DNA of 64,000 nucleotides from Lytechinus pictus (Eukaryota): positions 932,001-996,000 of the forward strand of contig NW_026974140.1 of the NCBI RefSeq assembly GCF_037042905.1. Reading direction: 5' to 3'. The position numbers were made by a program, and so were the translations under genes. Below are positions 37,731 to 50,614 of this stretch, piece after piece. The first letter of the stretch is position 1, and the number at the start of each line of letters is the position of its first letter. The notes under the pieces were generated by a model, which had not been told where the DNA came from, made no database searches, and saw only the letters and a program-made list of their open reading frames with translations.

Positions 37731-39329
37731 AACCAATGTTTTCTTGTGTTCGAACTGTTGCTCTTCCCCCCGATCTGCCCTTGCTAAGGGTGTGGCTTTT
37801 ACCCTTTGTTCTGTACTAATTTGAGCATATTTCTGAGTATTGTCATCTTGCATGATGCTTGTTGATTGTTTATTGCCTCGAATATATACTTGTACCCTCT
37901 TCAGATTGCTACTTGCTTAAGCATATCTTAGAACCACGAACCCTTCTAGTTGGGAGTGAACTGCTGCCCTACCATTTATAGTTATTATTATTGACTGAGC
38001 ATTGCAGTTGCTTTGAGCCACGATACAATGAACAGGTTGGCTTATGAGGTGTATCCTGGTCAAGATAACCTGCACTTTGTGAACCTTGTTTCAATAGATA
38101 CATCTATCTGTTGTTCGTCATGTATGCAACAATTTATATTCTACAGATTAATGATTAGGTTATATTGAAGTCCCGAAGAAAGAAATTCCCTTCAGTTTTA
38201 CGCCTGTGGCTGAACGTGAATAGATAAGAATTTTTTTTAACCTGACTGCCCATACTGCTTAATTCAAAACTTGGATGAAGAGGCTCCGATTGTGTAATGG
38301 AAAAAAGTGCTCATATTTCAATGATTATTAGACCATACCACAGCTAAATTTCATCCTGTTGTAGAAAATGATGTAACTGGTGTGAAGGTATGAATAGTAA
38401 AATTGTGTATTTTTCAATATCATCGCCATCCAAAATATAATAAACCTTTTTTTAGGAGACACGCTGTATCTTATAAGCCTAAAAGACGTATCGCCTTTAA
38501 TCATGAATTTGCAAATATAGATAAGCGTTACGCACGCACACAAAGACACATAAATGGCAATAGATTTTAGCTTTAAAAAATAGCTATTGATATTGTTTTG
38601 ACCTTTCATACCTTCTGGATAAGGACATTTGAATATGAATTAATCAAATCGAAAATAATGATAAAACTACGCACTTGCCCCCCCCCCCCCTCCCCCCCCC
38701 AAAAAAAAAATTAAATTAAATTAATAATAATATTCTTGACATTAAATGATCTTTGATCTTTTGACTTTTTCGGGCGTAACCTATATATGGGATATCAAGG
38801 GTATATGGTGTTGTACACGGTTTTTTGGGGGTAAAATAAGACAAACAGTTTGCTGTATTACTCGACACAATCAAAATGTTATTAGACATTGACCACAATT
38901 TTAATCCCTAGCATGGTCAAGATGACCATTAGAAATTCGACACCACGAAGAAAATGTTTCCTTGTGATGTCCCTGAACTTATACAATTGAAAGAAAAATC
39001 AAACTTTGTTAATTTATCGAAGTAGTTGACAAATTTGTGTTGCCTAACTATGTAGGTAATTTGTAATTGCGCTTAAAATTAAAGCCATTTTGGTTTTAAC
39101 ATCGTTTTCTTGTTAATGTCTATCACTATAATATAAACATTGTAATTGGTCTATTCGTTTATTTTATAGGATAATACTTATTTTCATTGAGATATAAGTT
39201 TTGCCCTCTTATGCAACTTGTACTATTTTCATATATTAATAAAATATAATTAACGAGTCTGCAATTGAATAATTTTTTTTTTTTACCCACCATGGGCATT
39301 TATTATATACATAATTGAACATTCAAAAT

Positions 39330-40950
39330 CACATCACATGTTTACATATTTCTATTTCAAACAAATATTCCAAATTGAATTCTCGACAATCTTTTCCTGT
39401 TTTGTTTCTTATAAGTATACATTTATAAATGCACCAAAAAGCAATTGTAAGAAATGAATCTAGTCCGGTTTCTTTGTGGGCTTTAAGTAAATGCAATTCT
39501 GTTATTTAAAGGTCGACATTGTATTCAAACTTAGCTACTGTTGTCAAATAAGAAAAGAATCTCTTATTTAGTTTACACTCAACGAAAGCATGTACATCAT
39601 GTTTGTCCACGTAACAATGCGGGCATCTCTCATCTGTTATAGCATTCCATTTAAACAAATTCTTTCTTACTGGCAATAAATTATATATAACCTTAAAATT
39701 GAATTCTTTCAGTTTATTTTCTTTACAGTGACACAAGTTTCTTTTAAAAGTTTTTGTCCAATCTAATGGTGACCCAATTATCTGTTCCCAATACAAATAG
39801 CATATGTTAGTGCTCGATGAATCTAAGGATAATAGTCTATAGAATTGTTTACTTGAAATATCATAAATATTTTTAATTTGATTTTTTGCTCCTACATCTA
39901 TTTTGGGAAACTCTAATGAAGGTTTATTATTGCGATTGGTACAAGGTAATGTATTATAATTTATCCAGATTTTAGGGATAGCCTGACGTAATAATGTGTA
40001 GTCGAATATTAATCTTTGCTTACTCTTCTGCGATTTAAGAAGGGAATGAATTTCCATTGTAGGTAAGAAATTTCCATTCCTGAGAATATCTTTCAAAAAT
40101 ACTATCCCAGATTTATACCATCCTTCAAAAAATAGGGTGATGTTGCGAAAGGTTACATTTTTATTGTGCCACAAAATTTCGCATTGTAGACCATGTACTT
40201 TAGGGTGATATTTTAAACAAGCATTATTCTTTATCTTTAACCAGGCCTGTAATATTTCAATGTAAAAGACTGGAAGATGGTGCTTGCATATATGTTTTAT
40301 ATTCCAAGCATCAAAGTCTGAATTAAGGAGTAGTTTCAAACCACCTAAAATATTAAACCAATAAAGGCTGAATTTACAGCACATTCCTTTACTTGACGCA
40401 AGAGTACGCCCCAGCCATCTTAGTCGAAAGCTCAATTTTTGGGTATATAGATCAATCATGTTGACCCCTCCACTGTCTAGTTTGTTGGTCATTATGTTTC
40501 TTTTCACTTTTTCAATCTTTGTTTGCCAAATAAAAGTATATATTAGAGAATTCTGTCTTTTTAACATTTTATCAGGAATAATATAAACCATGAGAATATG
40601 TACTAACTGACTTAAACCTAGAGTTTTGACAATGGTTACTCTTCCAAAAATAGTAAGCTTTCTTATTCTCCAATTATCTAATAATCTTTGCAATTTCGTT
40701 AGTTTATTTTCCCAGTTCATTTTACGTGCTTTTTCTATATCAGGTGAGATGTAAAACCCTAAGTATTTTGTAGGAATATCTGTCCATGATAGACCAATAT
40801 CATTGAGTGACCATTTAGAGTTACTTCTCCCCACTCACATGATCATTGTTTTAGTTTTATTAAGTTTTGGACCTGCTACATTCCCAAATAACTCAAGTTC
40901 TTCATTTATCAATTCTAGTGATCTTTTATCTAACACAAAGAACAGGGTAT
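39330..40950 (-). pseudogene. LINE ORF2, 3' part: RT C-terminus and zf-RVT-like region
   Basis: Resumes TLFFVLD...AGPKLNKTKT; KYLGF, LTIFGRVTIVKTLGLSQL, GGVNMID, FNFKVIYNLLP, CPHC...HAFVEC. Confidence 0.9.
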
Positions 40951-41859
40951 TAGTCTAGGAGACTATGTTCTCCAGCTAGATTTGCGTGCCAAAATGGATT
41001 TTATTAGCTAACTTTGTCAATTTTGGGGTGCTGATTTCAAAATTTAGGGTGCCACGTTTTTCCGAGCACGTCTTCAGCTGCCATTTTGAAATTCAAAATG
41101 GCCGCCATTTTAAAATGCAATTTGTCCTATATCTTGACTTATGGGCTATAAAAATGATTTAAAATGGTGGCAATACCCATGTTTGTGATACCAATAATTT
41201 CATTTAAATCATAAATTTTATGTAGCTCATCAAATTAGGCTGCCATCGTGAATTTCAACATGGCCGCCATCTTGAAATAGGTTTTGTCCTTTATCTTGAC
41301 CTTGTGAGCCACTCAAATCCTTATAATAAATGGTGGAAATACCTGTTTATTGTACCCAAAACATAATAAGATCACAAATTTTCTTCCAACACATTAAGCT
41401 TGACTGTCATCTTGAATTCCCGTATGGCCGCCATCTTTAATTTCAATATGGCTGCCATCTTAAAACGGAGTTAGTCCGTTTTCTCGACTTGTGAGCTATG
41501 ATATTCCTTAAATTTGGTTCAAATATACCCATGTTTGTGATACAAAAGTTCAATTAGATCAGGATTTTTCTTCTTTCAACTTATCAAGCTTGGCTGCCAT
41601 CTTGAATTTCAATATGGCCGCCATCTTGAAATAGGTTTTATCCTTTATCTCGATCGTGAGCAATGAAATAATGAATTTCAATATTGCCACCATTAACATA
41701 TTGCGATGTTTCCTCTTCTATCTTGACCTGTAAGCACATGCATAATTCTCACTTATATAACTGATGAAAATAACTAACAATTTCTCATTCAATATGTCAA
41801 ATCAATTGAAATATCAGTAATCATAACGTACACATTGTACATGTATGGTCATGCACTCT

Positions 41860-43350
41860 TCGCTCAAGTTTGTATTTATTGAATCTCCTGACGATGCGAC
41901 AGATGAGTAGACAGACAAGTCATTTGCCATCGCCGATGTGGGTCCTCATGATGAGGGTGAGACCAATTCGGCCACAGCTTCCTGTTTGGAAGGAATCCAA
42001 AGAGGGATTTGTTTTCTTTTCTCCTTCTTCGACTGAATTGCAACTGCTTTTTTGTTTCAAAGTCCTTCATGCTTTGTGTGCTTCGGAGCCTCCAAAGAGC
42101 CTTATCGTGGGATGTTGTTTCCCAAGACAGAGGCCGCAGAACGGTTTTGAAAGAGTGGTGGGGGTGTTGAGCCGAAATTAGGGCATGAGGCCACCTGATC
42201 ATGCAAACGATCACATTCAGATGGCAATTTTTACGTTTTTATACAAGGTTTTGAAAGAGTCTGTATTGAGGGTTTGCCTAAGAGTGTCCTTGTACCTCTT
42301 GATGGTTATTCCCTGATTGTGGTAGGCCTACTCCTGCTTCAACTGATCTTTGAAATCCTTTTGTCTTCTGTACGGTTTATTTGTCCAGTCCATCTCAGAT
42401 GAATCAAGCTCTCAATGCCAGGAAGACCACACTTTTAGAGACATGGATGTTCTAACACTCTGTCCTGCCACTTGAGATCCTGATGTGTTGGCAGTAAGTG
42501 GTCCATGTCTGACAGCAATAAAGAAGTACATTAAGGGCTACTGATACACGGCAATCCTTGTGGGCTGGATGCTGTAGACTTGTCAAAGTCTATTCGTCAG
42601 CCGGCCAAAGGCCACACCTGCCTCTTCAATATGCTGCATGATTTAAACATCCCATGATGCCTGTACAGGTGATATCCAGGGGCCCGTTGCCTAAAAGTTA
42701 CCATGATGGTGACTTTGCCATCCAATGATAACTTGCATGGAATCCTTGATTCTGATTGGCTGTCGATCAGTGTTACCATGGTAGTTACCATTGGATGGCA
42801 AAGTTACCATAATAGTAATTTTAATGCAACGAGGTCCAGGTAGCAGAACTAATTACCGACATCCTTTTAATATATATCTTTGTTAATGATAATATGAGGA
42901 CGTAGTAGTGCATTGGCAGCCTGTGATGATGGCTGAGACAAGGATTCGGTTTTTCCAAGACTGATCATTAGTCCAAATCCTATGCATGCAGCTGCAAAGC
43001 GATCAGTCAGGTAAGTCTGCTTTGGGAGTGTGCAACAGTGCACAGTCGTCTGCAAAGGGAAATTCATGTAGTGTGACCTCTAGCACTTTAGTTTTTGCCT
43101 GAAGTCCTCGCAGATTAAAGAGGTTTCCATCAGTGCGTAACTGTATATACCTCTGTCACAATCGTTGAAGGCAATCAAGGCATCAAGCAAAATCGCTTGA
43201 AACAGAACAGAGAACAAGATCAGGGCAAGTACACATAAATTACTCACAGAAAATTAATCAGAAGCGTCATCGCTCTCTTTGACTATGGCTTGCATGCGGT
43301 CATGGAAAGAGGCGATCATTGTTATCATCTTCTCTGGGCAGCCAAACCCA
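41860..43350 (-). mobile_element. Decayed RTE-clade LINE 3' fragment inside the Academ element, with a Harbinger-like MITE at ~42678-42837
   Basis: GCPEKMITMIASFH, FAAACIGFGLMISLGKTE, LRWTG, KRYKDTL, RIGLTLIMRTH. MITE reads ggcccgttgcctaaaagttacc ... taatgcaacgaggtcc. Confidence 0.75.
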
Positions 43351-43484
43351 AAGATTACATTATTCTCTGCCATTAATGTAACCCTTTTTTGGACTTGATT
43401 GGAAATCAATACTTTATTGGAGTGTGCTTTGAGACTGTTCTGTCTTCATACTAAAAGTCTTCTTCACGTATCACTTTGTAATCA

Positions 43485-43985
43485 ATGATTTGACAGTCAT
43501 TACATTTACACAGGGCTGTGCATAGCAGTTCATTCTTTCATCAGGAACAATGACACCCCAGCATCCACATTTTACAAGTTCAATTACAGCTTAAGATGCA
43601 GGTAGTTTAATGCAGTTCTTCGCAATAAATGCTCCATTTGCTGACCTTTCCATCCATTACAACACAGGGGTGATATTTATGGAGTGGCGCTTCATAGCAT
43701 TTTTCAGATGGGTGGAATGATACATACTCACCGAGTGTGTGGTTTGAGTGCACCAAGTGTTGGTGGCAGTTTTTTTCAGCTACATCTGAGGTGTTTGACT
43801 AACTTGCAAGCTCTGGTTTGGACATACAGTCACAGTGTGCACACAAAGTGTTAACTGATACTATCCAAATCGAATCTACCTCCACCTAATATCTGGAAGA
43901 CAGCAATAACAGCATAACTTTGGGAAGTGTAAATGCATCTACTTCTTTGATGTACCAGCATACTTACCTCCCCAATCAGCTCCAC
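43485..43985 (-). pseudogene. Decayed Academ-type transposase C-terminus
   Basis: KLPPTLGALKPHTR...NGWK...LPAS*AVIELVKCGC...KNELLCTALCKCNDC, the LPPT..AL..H motif plus a Cys-rich tail. Confidence 0.7.
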
Positions 43986-45612
43986 TGAAGGCATTGAGGC
44001 CAAGCTGACTCTTGCTTTTCTTCAGGGGGGGGGGACACTTTCATTGACCATGGGGTTTCGTAAAACACCCTAAACAAGTATTTTCCATATTCTGAAAATG
44101 CACCCCTTAACAAGAATTGGCACAAGTATTGGAAACAGAAAGATATACCCTTGACAGGACAGTATTCCCTGAATCACCCCCTAAACAAGCACAGTGATAT
44201 TTTAATTGTTACGTCACGGAACACGTAGCTCTCCTAGCGTGATATTCAGTATTTTTGTGTTTGTGACACCCTTTTTACGTTACGTGCCTAATCTTGAAAA
44301 AAATAAAATCAATTTTACGCGTTTCTTTGGTCGCGCCTAGTATCGACTCGTCAATGAAATTGCCCCCCCCCCCCCCCCCGAGGGGGCTCTTTCTTACATC
44401 TAGTTGCTGCACATCTTTCTTGTATGCCAAGCATATGCTTGGCCTTCCCTTTACCAGTGATGAAATTAGCCTGCCTTGAATGTTGCTGTTAGAACAAATG
44501 TCCTGAAGACGTCTCTGTCAGGAGAATATATGTCTATATCTCTGATGTCTCCATTACTCATTGATGCATCATGTACATGCATCTATTTAGATTTTCCGTT
44601 TGCTTACTCGAATAATGCATCAACCATTCTCCGTAAACAGAAAACAGTAAAACATTTACAATTAACTAACATTGGAATCACCATGAATATTCAACAAGTG
44701 GTAATTTCTTCACTTCTCTCATGTAGGTCCCATACCCACCATTGCAGTTTGAACAGTTGGTACAATCCAACTTTCTTTCAACTTTAGGGATAGGGAAAAT
44801 GTTGCATATACCTACGAATGGCAGTCTTTTGGAAATTCAAGATGGCCTCAAAATATGTAGACGGAACAAAATTGAGAGTGTTGCCATCAATTTCAATTAT
44901 TTTCATGGCACAGGAGCTGAGATATAGGATAAAATATAATTCTAAATGGCGGCATTGTTGAAAGTTAGGATAGCAGCCTAATTTGATTGAAATCCAATAT
45001 GGCAGCAAAATGTAATATATAGTATGAAACTAATCATTTGAATGAAGTTTATTTTACAAACATGATTAATGCCACCATTTTAAATGATTTTCATAGCTCA
45101 TGATTGAGATAAAGGACAAAACTTATTTCAAGATGGCGGCCACAATGACATCAAAGATGGTGGTCATATTGAAATTCGAGATGGCAGCCAAACTTAATGT
45201 CATAAACTTGGGCATTCCACCATTCTTAAAGAATTATCATAGCCCACAAGTCGAGAAAACGGACAAAACCTATTTCAAGATGGCGGCCATGTTGAAATTC
45301 AAGATGGCGGCCTAATTTGATGAGCTACAATAAAATTTATGATTTAAATGAGATTATTGTATCACAAACATGGGTATTGCCACCATTTTTAATCATGTTT
45401 GTAGCCCACAAGTCAAGATATAGGACAAAATGCAATTTGAAACGGCGGCCATTTTGAATTTCAAAATGGCGGCTGAAGACGTGCTCGGAAAAAATGGCAT
45501 CCTACATTTTTTAAATCAGCACCCCCAAATTGACAAAGTTAGCCAATAAAATCCACTTTGGCAAGCAAATCTAGCTGGAGCCAGATTTTTGACACAGTGG
45601 TCTATACTATAT

Positions 45613-47729
45613 CGTCAGCATATTGTAGTACTTTAACCTCAAAATTATCTTCTGGTTTCAAAACATGTATACCTCTTATGTATTCATTATTTCTTATTTT
45701 GTTAGACATAAATTCTGCTGCGAGGACAAAAAGTAATGCTGAAAGTGGGCAACCTTGTCTGATTCCCCTTTGTATTGAAAAAGACTCTGATATCCAGCCA
45801 TTTACTAATACAGAGCTTCGAACATCTGTGTATAATATTTTTATCCATGTCTGGAAATTATTTCCAAAATTCATTTTTTCCAGACATGAGGACACAAAAT
45901 TGATATCTATTACATCAAAAGCTTTAGAAAAGTCTGCCATCATTATAGCACCATCTAAGTATTTTCTTTTTATAAATTCAATGATATCAATTGTAAGACG
46001 TATATTGAAGGCAGACAGGCGATGTTTTATATAACCAGTTTGTTCTTCGTTAACAATCTGTCCAATAACCGATTGCAATCGTGCGGCCAAAACTGCGGCC
46101 ATTATTTTATAATCGCAATTTAAAAGCGAGAATGGCCTCCAGTTTTCTAGATTTCTATGGTCTCCTTTCTTATAAATCATTGTAATAAGACTAGCTTTCT
46201 GACTTTCAGACATTTCTCCATTTGTGAAGCATTCATTAAGAGCGCTCAATAGAATATCTTTGATGTCGTCCCAAAAGGTTTGGTAAAGCTCTATGGGAAT
46301 ACCATCCAGACCAGGTGATTTGTTTTTATTCATAGAAAATGCAGCACGTTTGCATTCGGCACTTGTTAACAATCCTTCACATTTATTTCTTCCCTCATCA
46401 CTCAGCTTTGGAACAGGTACTGAGTTGATGTAATTATTTCTCTCAGTTTTATCGATATCAGATTTTCTATATGACAATGAATAAAACTTTACGACTTCTT
46501 GTAATATCTCTGTTTGTTTAGTACAATATTTATCTTTGTTTACAGATAGCAATTGGGTAAAACAAATTATTTCTGAATTATATTTCTCTAAACCTAAAAA
46601 ATAACTTGTGCACTTTTCACCTTTTTCTAACCACCTGACTCTTGAATGTGCACCTTTACACTCTCTTTCATATATTTGTTCCAATTCTTTTTTAATACAA
46701 ATGTATCATTTCTGTTCACTGAAATCAATGTCAACATCAATTTTTCTTTGGAGTTCAGCGAATCTTTTTTCTAAAATAGTTGTTGTATCTTTCTTTTTGC
46801 AGGCCTTGCTTCTACAATACCTCTGTGTGAATTCACGTGCTTTAATCTTTATATTTTCCCATATTTGCATAGGAGATAAATTTGTACTTTCTAAAATATC
46901 ATCAATTAATAATCTAATTTTTTCTTGATAACATTTTTCTTTTAACACCTCTGTATTCATTTTCCAACATCCTCTTCCTTTTAAAATATTTGATGTTGTC
47001 AATTTGAGAGAAATACATTATTGTCTGCTTTTTAAAGCAGGGTCGTATATCAGTTGATGTGACCTTTGCTTGCAGGCTTTTACTTATTAACCAATAATCA
47101 AGTCTTGATGCAACTCTCAAAGATAAATTTATCCGCGTAAATTGTTTCGTATTTAAATGGGTCTTTCTCCAAATATCTATCAATCTTCTTTGTTTGCAAA
47201 GTTGAGTTAGATTTTGTGGTGTTGTATAGTATAAACTTTGACTACCCTGAAAATCTTTCTTTGTATCCAATATACAATTCCAGTCACCACCTAAGATAAA
47301 AGGGGTTTTGTTTTCTGAAATATCATAAGGAGATAACCACTTTTGCATTTTCACTAGGAAATGTTCTCTCCTTTTTCTTTCAGTAGGTGCATAGACATTG
47401 ACTAAAACATAATTGTTACCTTCGATCATTACATCAAGGAGTAAAGTTCTTCAATCATTTTGTGAATCTACCTTATTAATTTTTAAAACAACTTTGTCAC
47501 TTATAAGAACAGCAACACCGCAAGAATGATTGGTACCATGTGAAAAGAAAAATTTTCCTCTCCATTCCATATTAATAATGGTTTCAAGTTCTTCAGTCCA
47601 GTAGGTTTCTTGCAAAAACAATATATCAACTTTTTGTTGTTTACACCATCTATATATCTGACTGCGTTTAAGTTTGTTCCTTAATCCTCTTACATTCAAA
47701 CTTAATAGGTGGCAAGAAGAATTAGACAT
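45613..47729 (-). pseudogene. LINE ORF2, 5' part: APE endonuclease and reverse transcriptase up to YADD; frameshifted
   Basis: LSLNVRGLR, LQETY, NVYAP, GGDWN, SRLDYW, KSPGLDG, NWRPFSLLNCDYKI, DFSKAFD, RGIRQGCPLS, LQYADD. Confidence 0.92.
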
Positions 47730-47799
47730 ATTAAAAAATGTGTAAAAGGAATTTCAAATAAACACACTATACAAAGTTTCTTCAAAAAGAAGAGAGAGT

Positions 47800-49074
47800 T
47801 TATCTTTTCTTTGAGGCTTTCTTTCTTGATTTTTGTTTTCGCTTAAATGCATTGCTCATTTTGTTCCGTGCTGTCACTGGATCTGGAGACTCTGCCGAGA
47901 GGTCACACTGATGTTCAGTTATGGTGTCTTCCTCGCACTCTGAGTACTCCGCTGACACAGACTCATCTTCTTGAGAAGACGCGCTGTCATAAGATGTGTT
48001 TTCATCTGGTGAGCAACGATCGCTGACTTTTCGATCAGCTGGCTCTACGTTGTTCTCGCGATCTGAGTTGAGTCGAGCTTTCTCAATGAATTGCGTAATC
48101 TTCGATTGTTGGTGATTGGTCAACTTTGGGGGTGTGATCTGATCAGCTGTATCCGAACTTCGCTCTGGTCGATTAGGGGCTACCTCGCTTGGGCGGGACG
48201 GGGTAGGCGCCGGCTCACCTGGCTGGATTGCGTTTGAAGCACGCATGCTGGTACCGCGAGATCTCTGGTCTGTGTTGTCTCCAGTTGCGAAGGTGAAGCG
48301 TCTATCATCAGTATCAGAGTTGTCGTGATGTCGGCGAATAGTAGACGTGGTAGGTAAAGCACGGCTCCGGCTTTGCGTCATCCTGGGTTGACTGTTGCTG
48401 CGCTTCTGCTTGGGCCGTATATCTGGTTGTCTGGCGACATGGGGAAAGTCTGTGTCGTAAGGGACGCTATCCGTTTCTTGACCTTCATAGCGTCGCTGTA
48501 ACACGCGCTGGGTGTCTGCTTGTAGGGACCATCGCGATGACTGGACGTTTCCTGGCCGCTGATTGGACGAAAGGGCGGGTGTGTCGTGGGTTGGGCAGCG
48601 AGCTTCGATGTGCCCGGTTTGTTTACAACATCGGCAGACTACCTCATTCACGCATGACGAACGCAAATGCCCAGACTGCAGGCATTTCGAGCATGTCTTG
48701 TTTGATGAATCTGTCTGCCCAGGATGGAAAATTCTCCCCTTGAAGTGTCCAAACGTAACTGCTCGTGGGAGAGGAGTAGTTAAATGTTCTATGTATATAA
48801 TACGGTCTCCAGTCAAACAATATGTGAGATGACCATCTACTCTCAGTTTCTGAGTCCACTGGTAATGAGCCTAATTCGTGCATTTTGGTCCGTAATGTAC
48901 AAACGCCAAAGTCCCCCGATTCTCTTAATCCCTTTGATTTCACTTGAGGATATGACATGAGTGAGACTTTTGAACAGTTCATCTGCATACACTACATTCA
49001 GGGATATCTTTGTTGTTGAGGAAGATTGGGTTACCTCTAGTACCGTTCGGTGCATGACTTTCACTGGACGCCAT
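47800..49074 (-). pseudogene. LINE ORF1, gag-like with two CCHC zinc knuckles; frameshifted
   Basis: MASSESH...PIFL.../IKRIGGLWRLYI.../TGDRIIYI...IFHPGQ...CSKCLQSGHLRSSC...CRCCKQTGHIEARC, then a basic C-terminus. Confidence 0.85.
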
Positions 49075-49318
49075 ATTGTAGCATTCCGTTGGGGCGGATT
49101 CTCGCTCTAAAAATCGTTCAGCATCCACTGTTTTGCGTCCTCAGAATATAAGTTTTCCGGCTCAAAAGTTCCAAAATGGTCTAATATCCAAAACTGTCTA
49201 TACGTATAATCCACTTTTATCGAAAACTATCAAAATAAGGAGGATTTTCTAGCTCCGTCGAATAAGTCGTGACCGCTTCGATGAAGTGAAAATAGCGCCC
49301 TCTGAATTGAATAATCAT

Positions 49319-50083
49319 TTAGGGTAAAGGGCAGGTCCATGGTTACGGAGTGACATTCAGAAACAAGTTTTTAGCATTCAAACAAAGATATCACCCGTAT
49401 TAATATGGTTATTTACAAAGAAATGGTACCTGACAGCAGTTGCTGAAACCCACTTTTCAAAATAAGAACATTTGTTTTTTTTGATCCACTGAATTAATGA
49501 GATATCAATATTCATAAACATGGTTACGGAGTGACGTAAAAAGGACATGCATATTTGAGGAAAAAACATATTGCTCAAACTCAGTGAACTTTAAATGGCT
49601 ATCACAATGTTGAGTTATTGATTGGACTCTATGTTTTTCTAGCTTTAAAATGCTGCATTACATTAAAAAAATTGGTGTATTTTTTTCATTAATTACAACT
49701 TAAAACATAAACCCATACCCGCGGTTACGGAGTGACATCTGAAATGTTCACACACAGGCAACTTAAAATAAACTTATACTATGAAACTTTCTTTTGATAT
49801 GATGTAAAATGATAACCTTCAGAAGAAATTTTACAAAACAAGCAATAGTTTTCTGTTAAATTGAAATTAAGTAAAAAGCAATATATGTAGTCCCTTGTAT
49901 AGAATTTTTTGTATGGTTTGGATTCTCATATAAGAAATGCATAAGAAAAAGAAATGTGGCTAATTATATTCCCCTGTATTTATGATTTCCCATATGAGTT
50001 TTGATAGAAAGATGTGATCCAGATTTGAAATAGAGCCAATAAATTTTTTTTGAAAATGTCCACTTTTGCTTGGAATTGCCCTA
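49319..50083. mobile_element. DNA-transposon end fragment with repeated ggttacggagtgac motif
   Basis: Motif at ~49341, 49522 and 49723. The terminus tggaattgccc resembles that of the 11940-14688 element. Confidence 0.5.
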
Positions 50084-50440
50084 AACGAAATAACTTCTCC
50101 AACAATCATATAATCAGTCCTTGATAAAATGAAATTATAAAAGAAAAACAAAAATCATATGGTACTAATTATGCGGCAATTGATGCTAGTGGTGAATTCT
50201 CGGTAAAAAAATATACTAACATTACAGCAATTTTGGCCGCTGTCTTGACGCTGTCTTGAAATTGCTTTTTTTGCCAGCATTTTTTTTTTTTTTTTAAGTT
50301 GGCATAGTCCTTATTGTTTTAGCTTGAAAACTAGCATTATTTACCTAGTTTGTGGGAATGGTCGATATTACTCCGCGTCTTGTTCTTACTTTGGCCCTCC
50401 ACTTAAATTCTGTTTGAACGTAATAAAAAGGGTTATTTAC

Positions 50441-50614
50441 CACTATTGATAAGTCTTTTGCTTCCGAAGATACTTCCCGTAGCATACCCTGTCGCTCTCT
50501 GAATGAGAATTCTAAGGAAGGTATTTCCAGAACCGGGGAAGCTAGCCAGAGCTATTGGTGAGAAAGTTCCTTCTGGCATCAGTCGTGTATCATTGCAGGT
50601 AGGTAAAACAAGAC
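50441..50614 (-). CDS. WSCD1/2-like: Internal coding exon of a WSCD1/WSCD2-like sulfotransferase (5'-PAPS-binding loop)
   Basis: cttttcttgtatatag|GT CTT GTT... = [57 protein letters not shown], then G|gtaaat. The exon is 174 nt, phase 1/1. It matches WSCD ALxSFPGxGNTWxRxLIExATGxxTGS. Confidence 0.9.

Larger units (their letters stand above)
40951..45609. mobile_element. Academ-type DNA transposon (4.66 kb, defective)
   Basis: tat|TAGTCTAG ... CTATACTA|tat gives TAG...CTA termini with a 3-bp TSD. Several hundred bp of inverted termini (ctccagctagatttgc...aactttgtcaa...ggggtgctgattt). An internal transposase remnant is present. Confidence 0.85.
39273..49304 (-). mobile_element. Full-length Tx1/L1-clade LINE (~5.4 kb net), interrupted by an Academ-type insertion
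   Basis: TSD aattgaataa at 39263-39272 and 49305-49314; poly(A) tail (T-run 39273-39284) preceded by AATAAA; ORF1 and ORF2 in order. Confidence 0.92.
467..50440 (-). other. Inferred ~50 kb phase-1 GT-AG intron of the WSCD-like gene
   Basis: The donor at 50440 and acceptor at 467 join to give ...LINS-G|GT-FIGE..., contiguous with the family sequence (LYNKG-FKGE). No other WSCD exon was seen in between. Confidence 0.7.
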
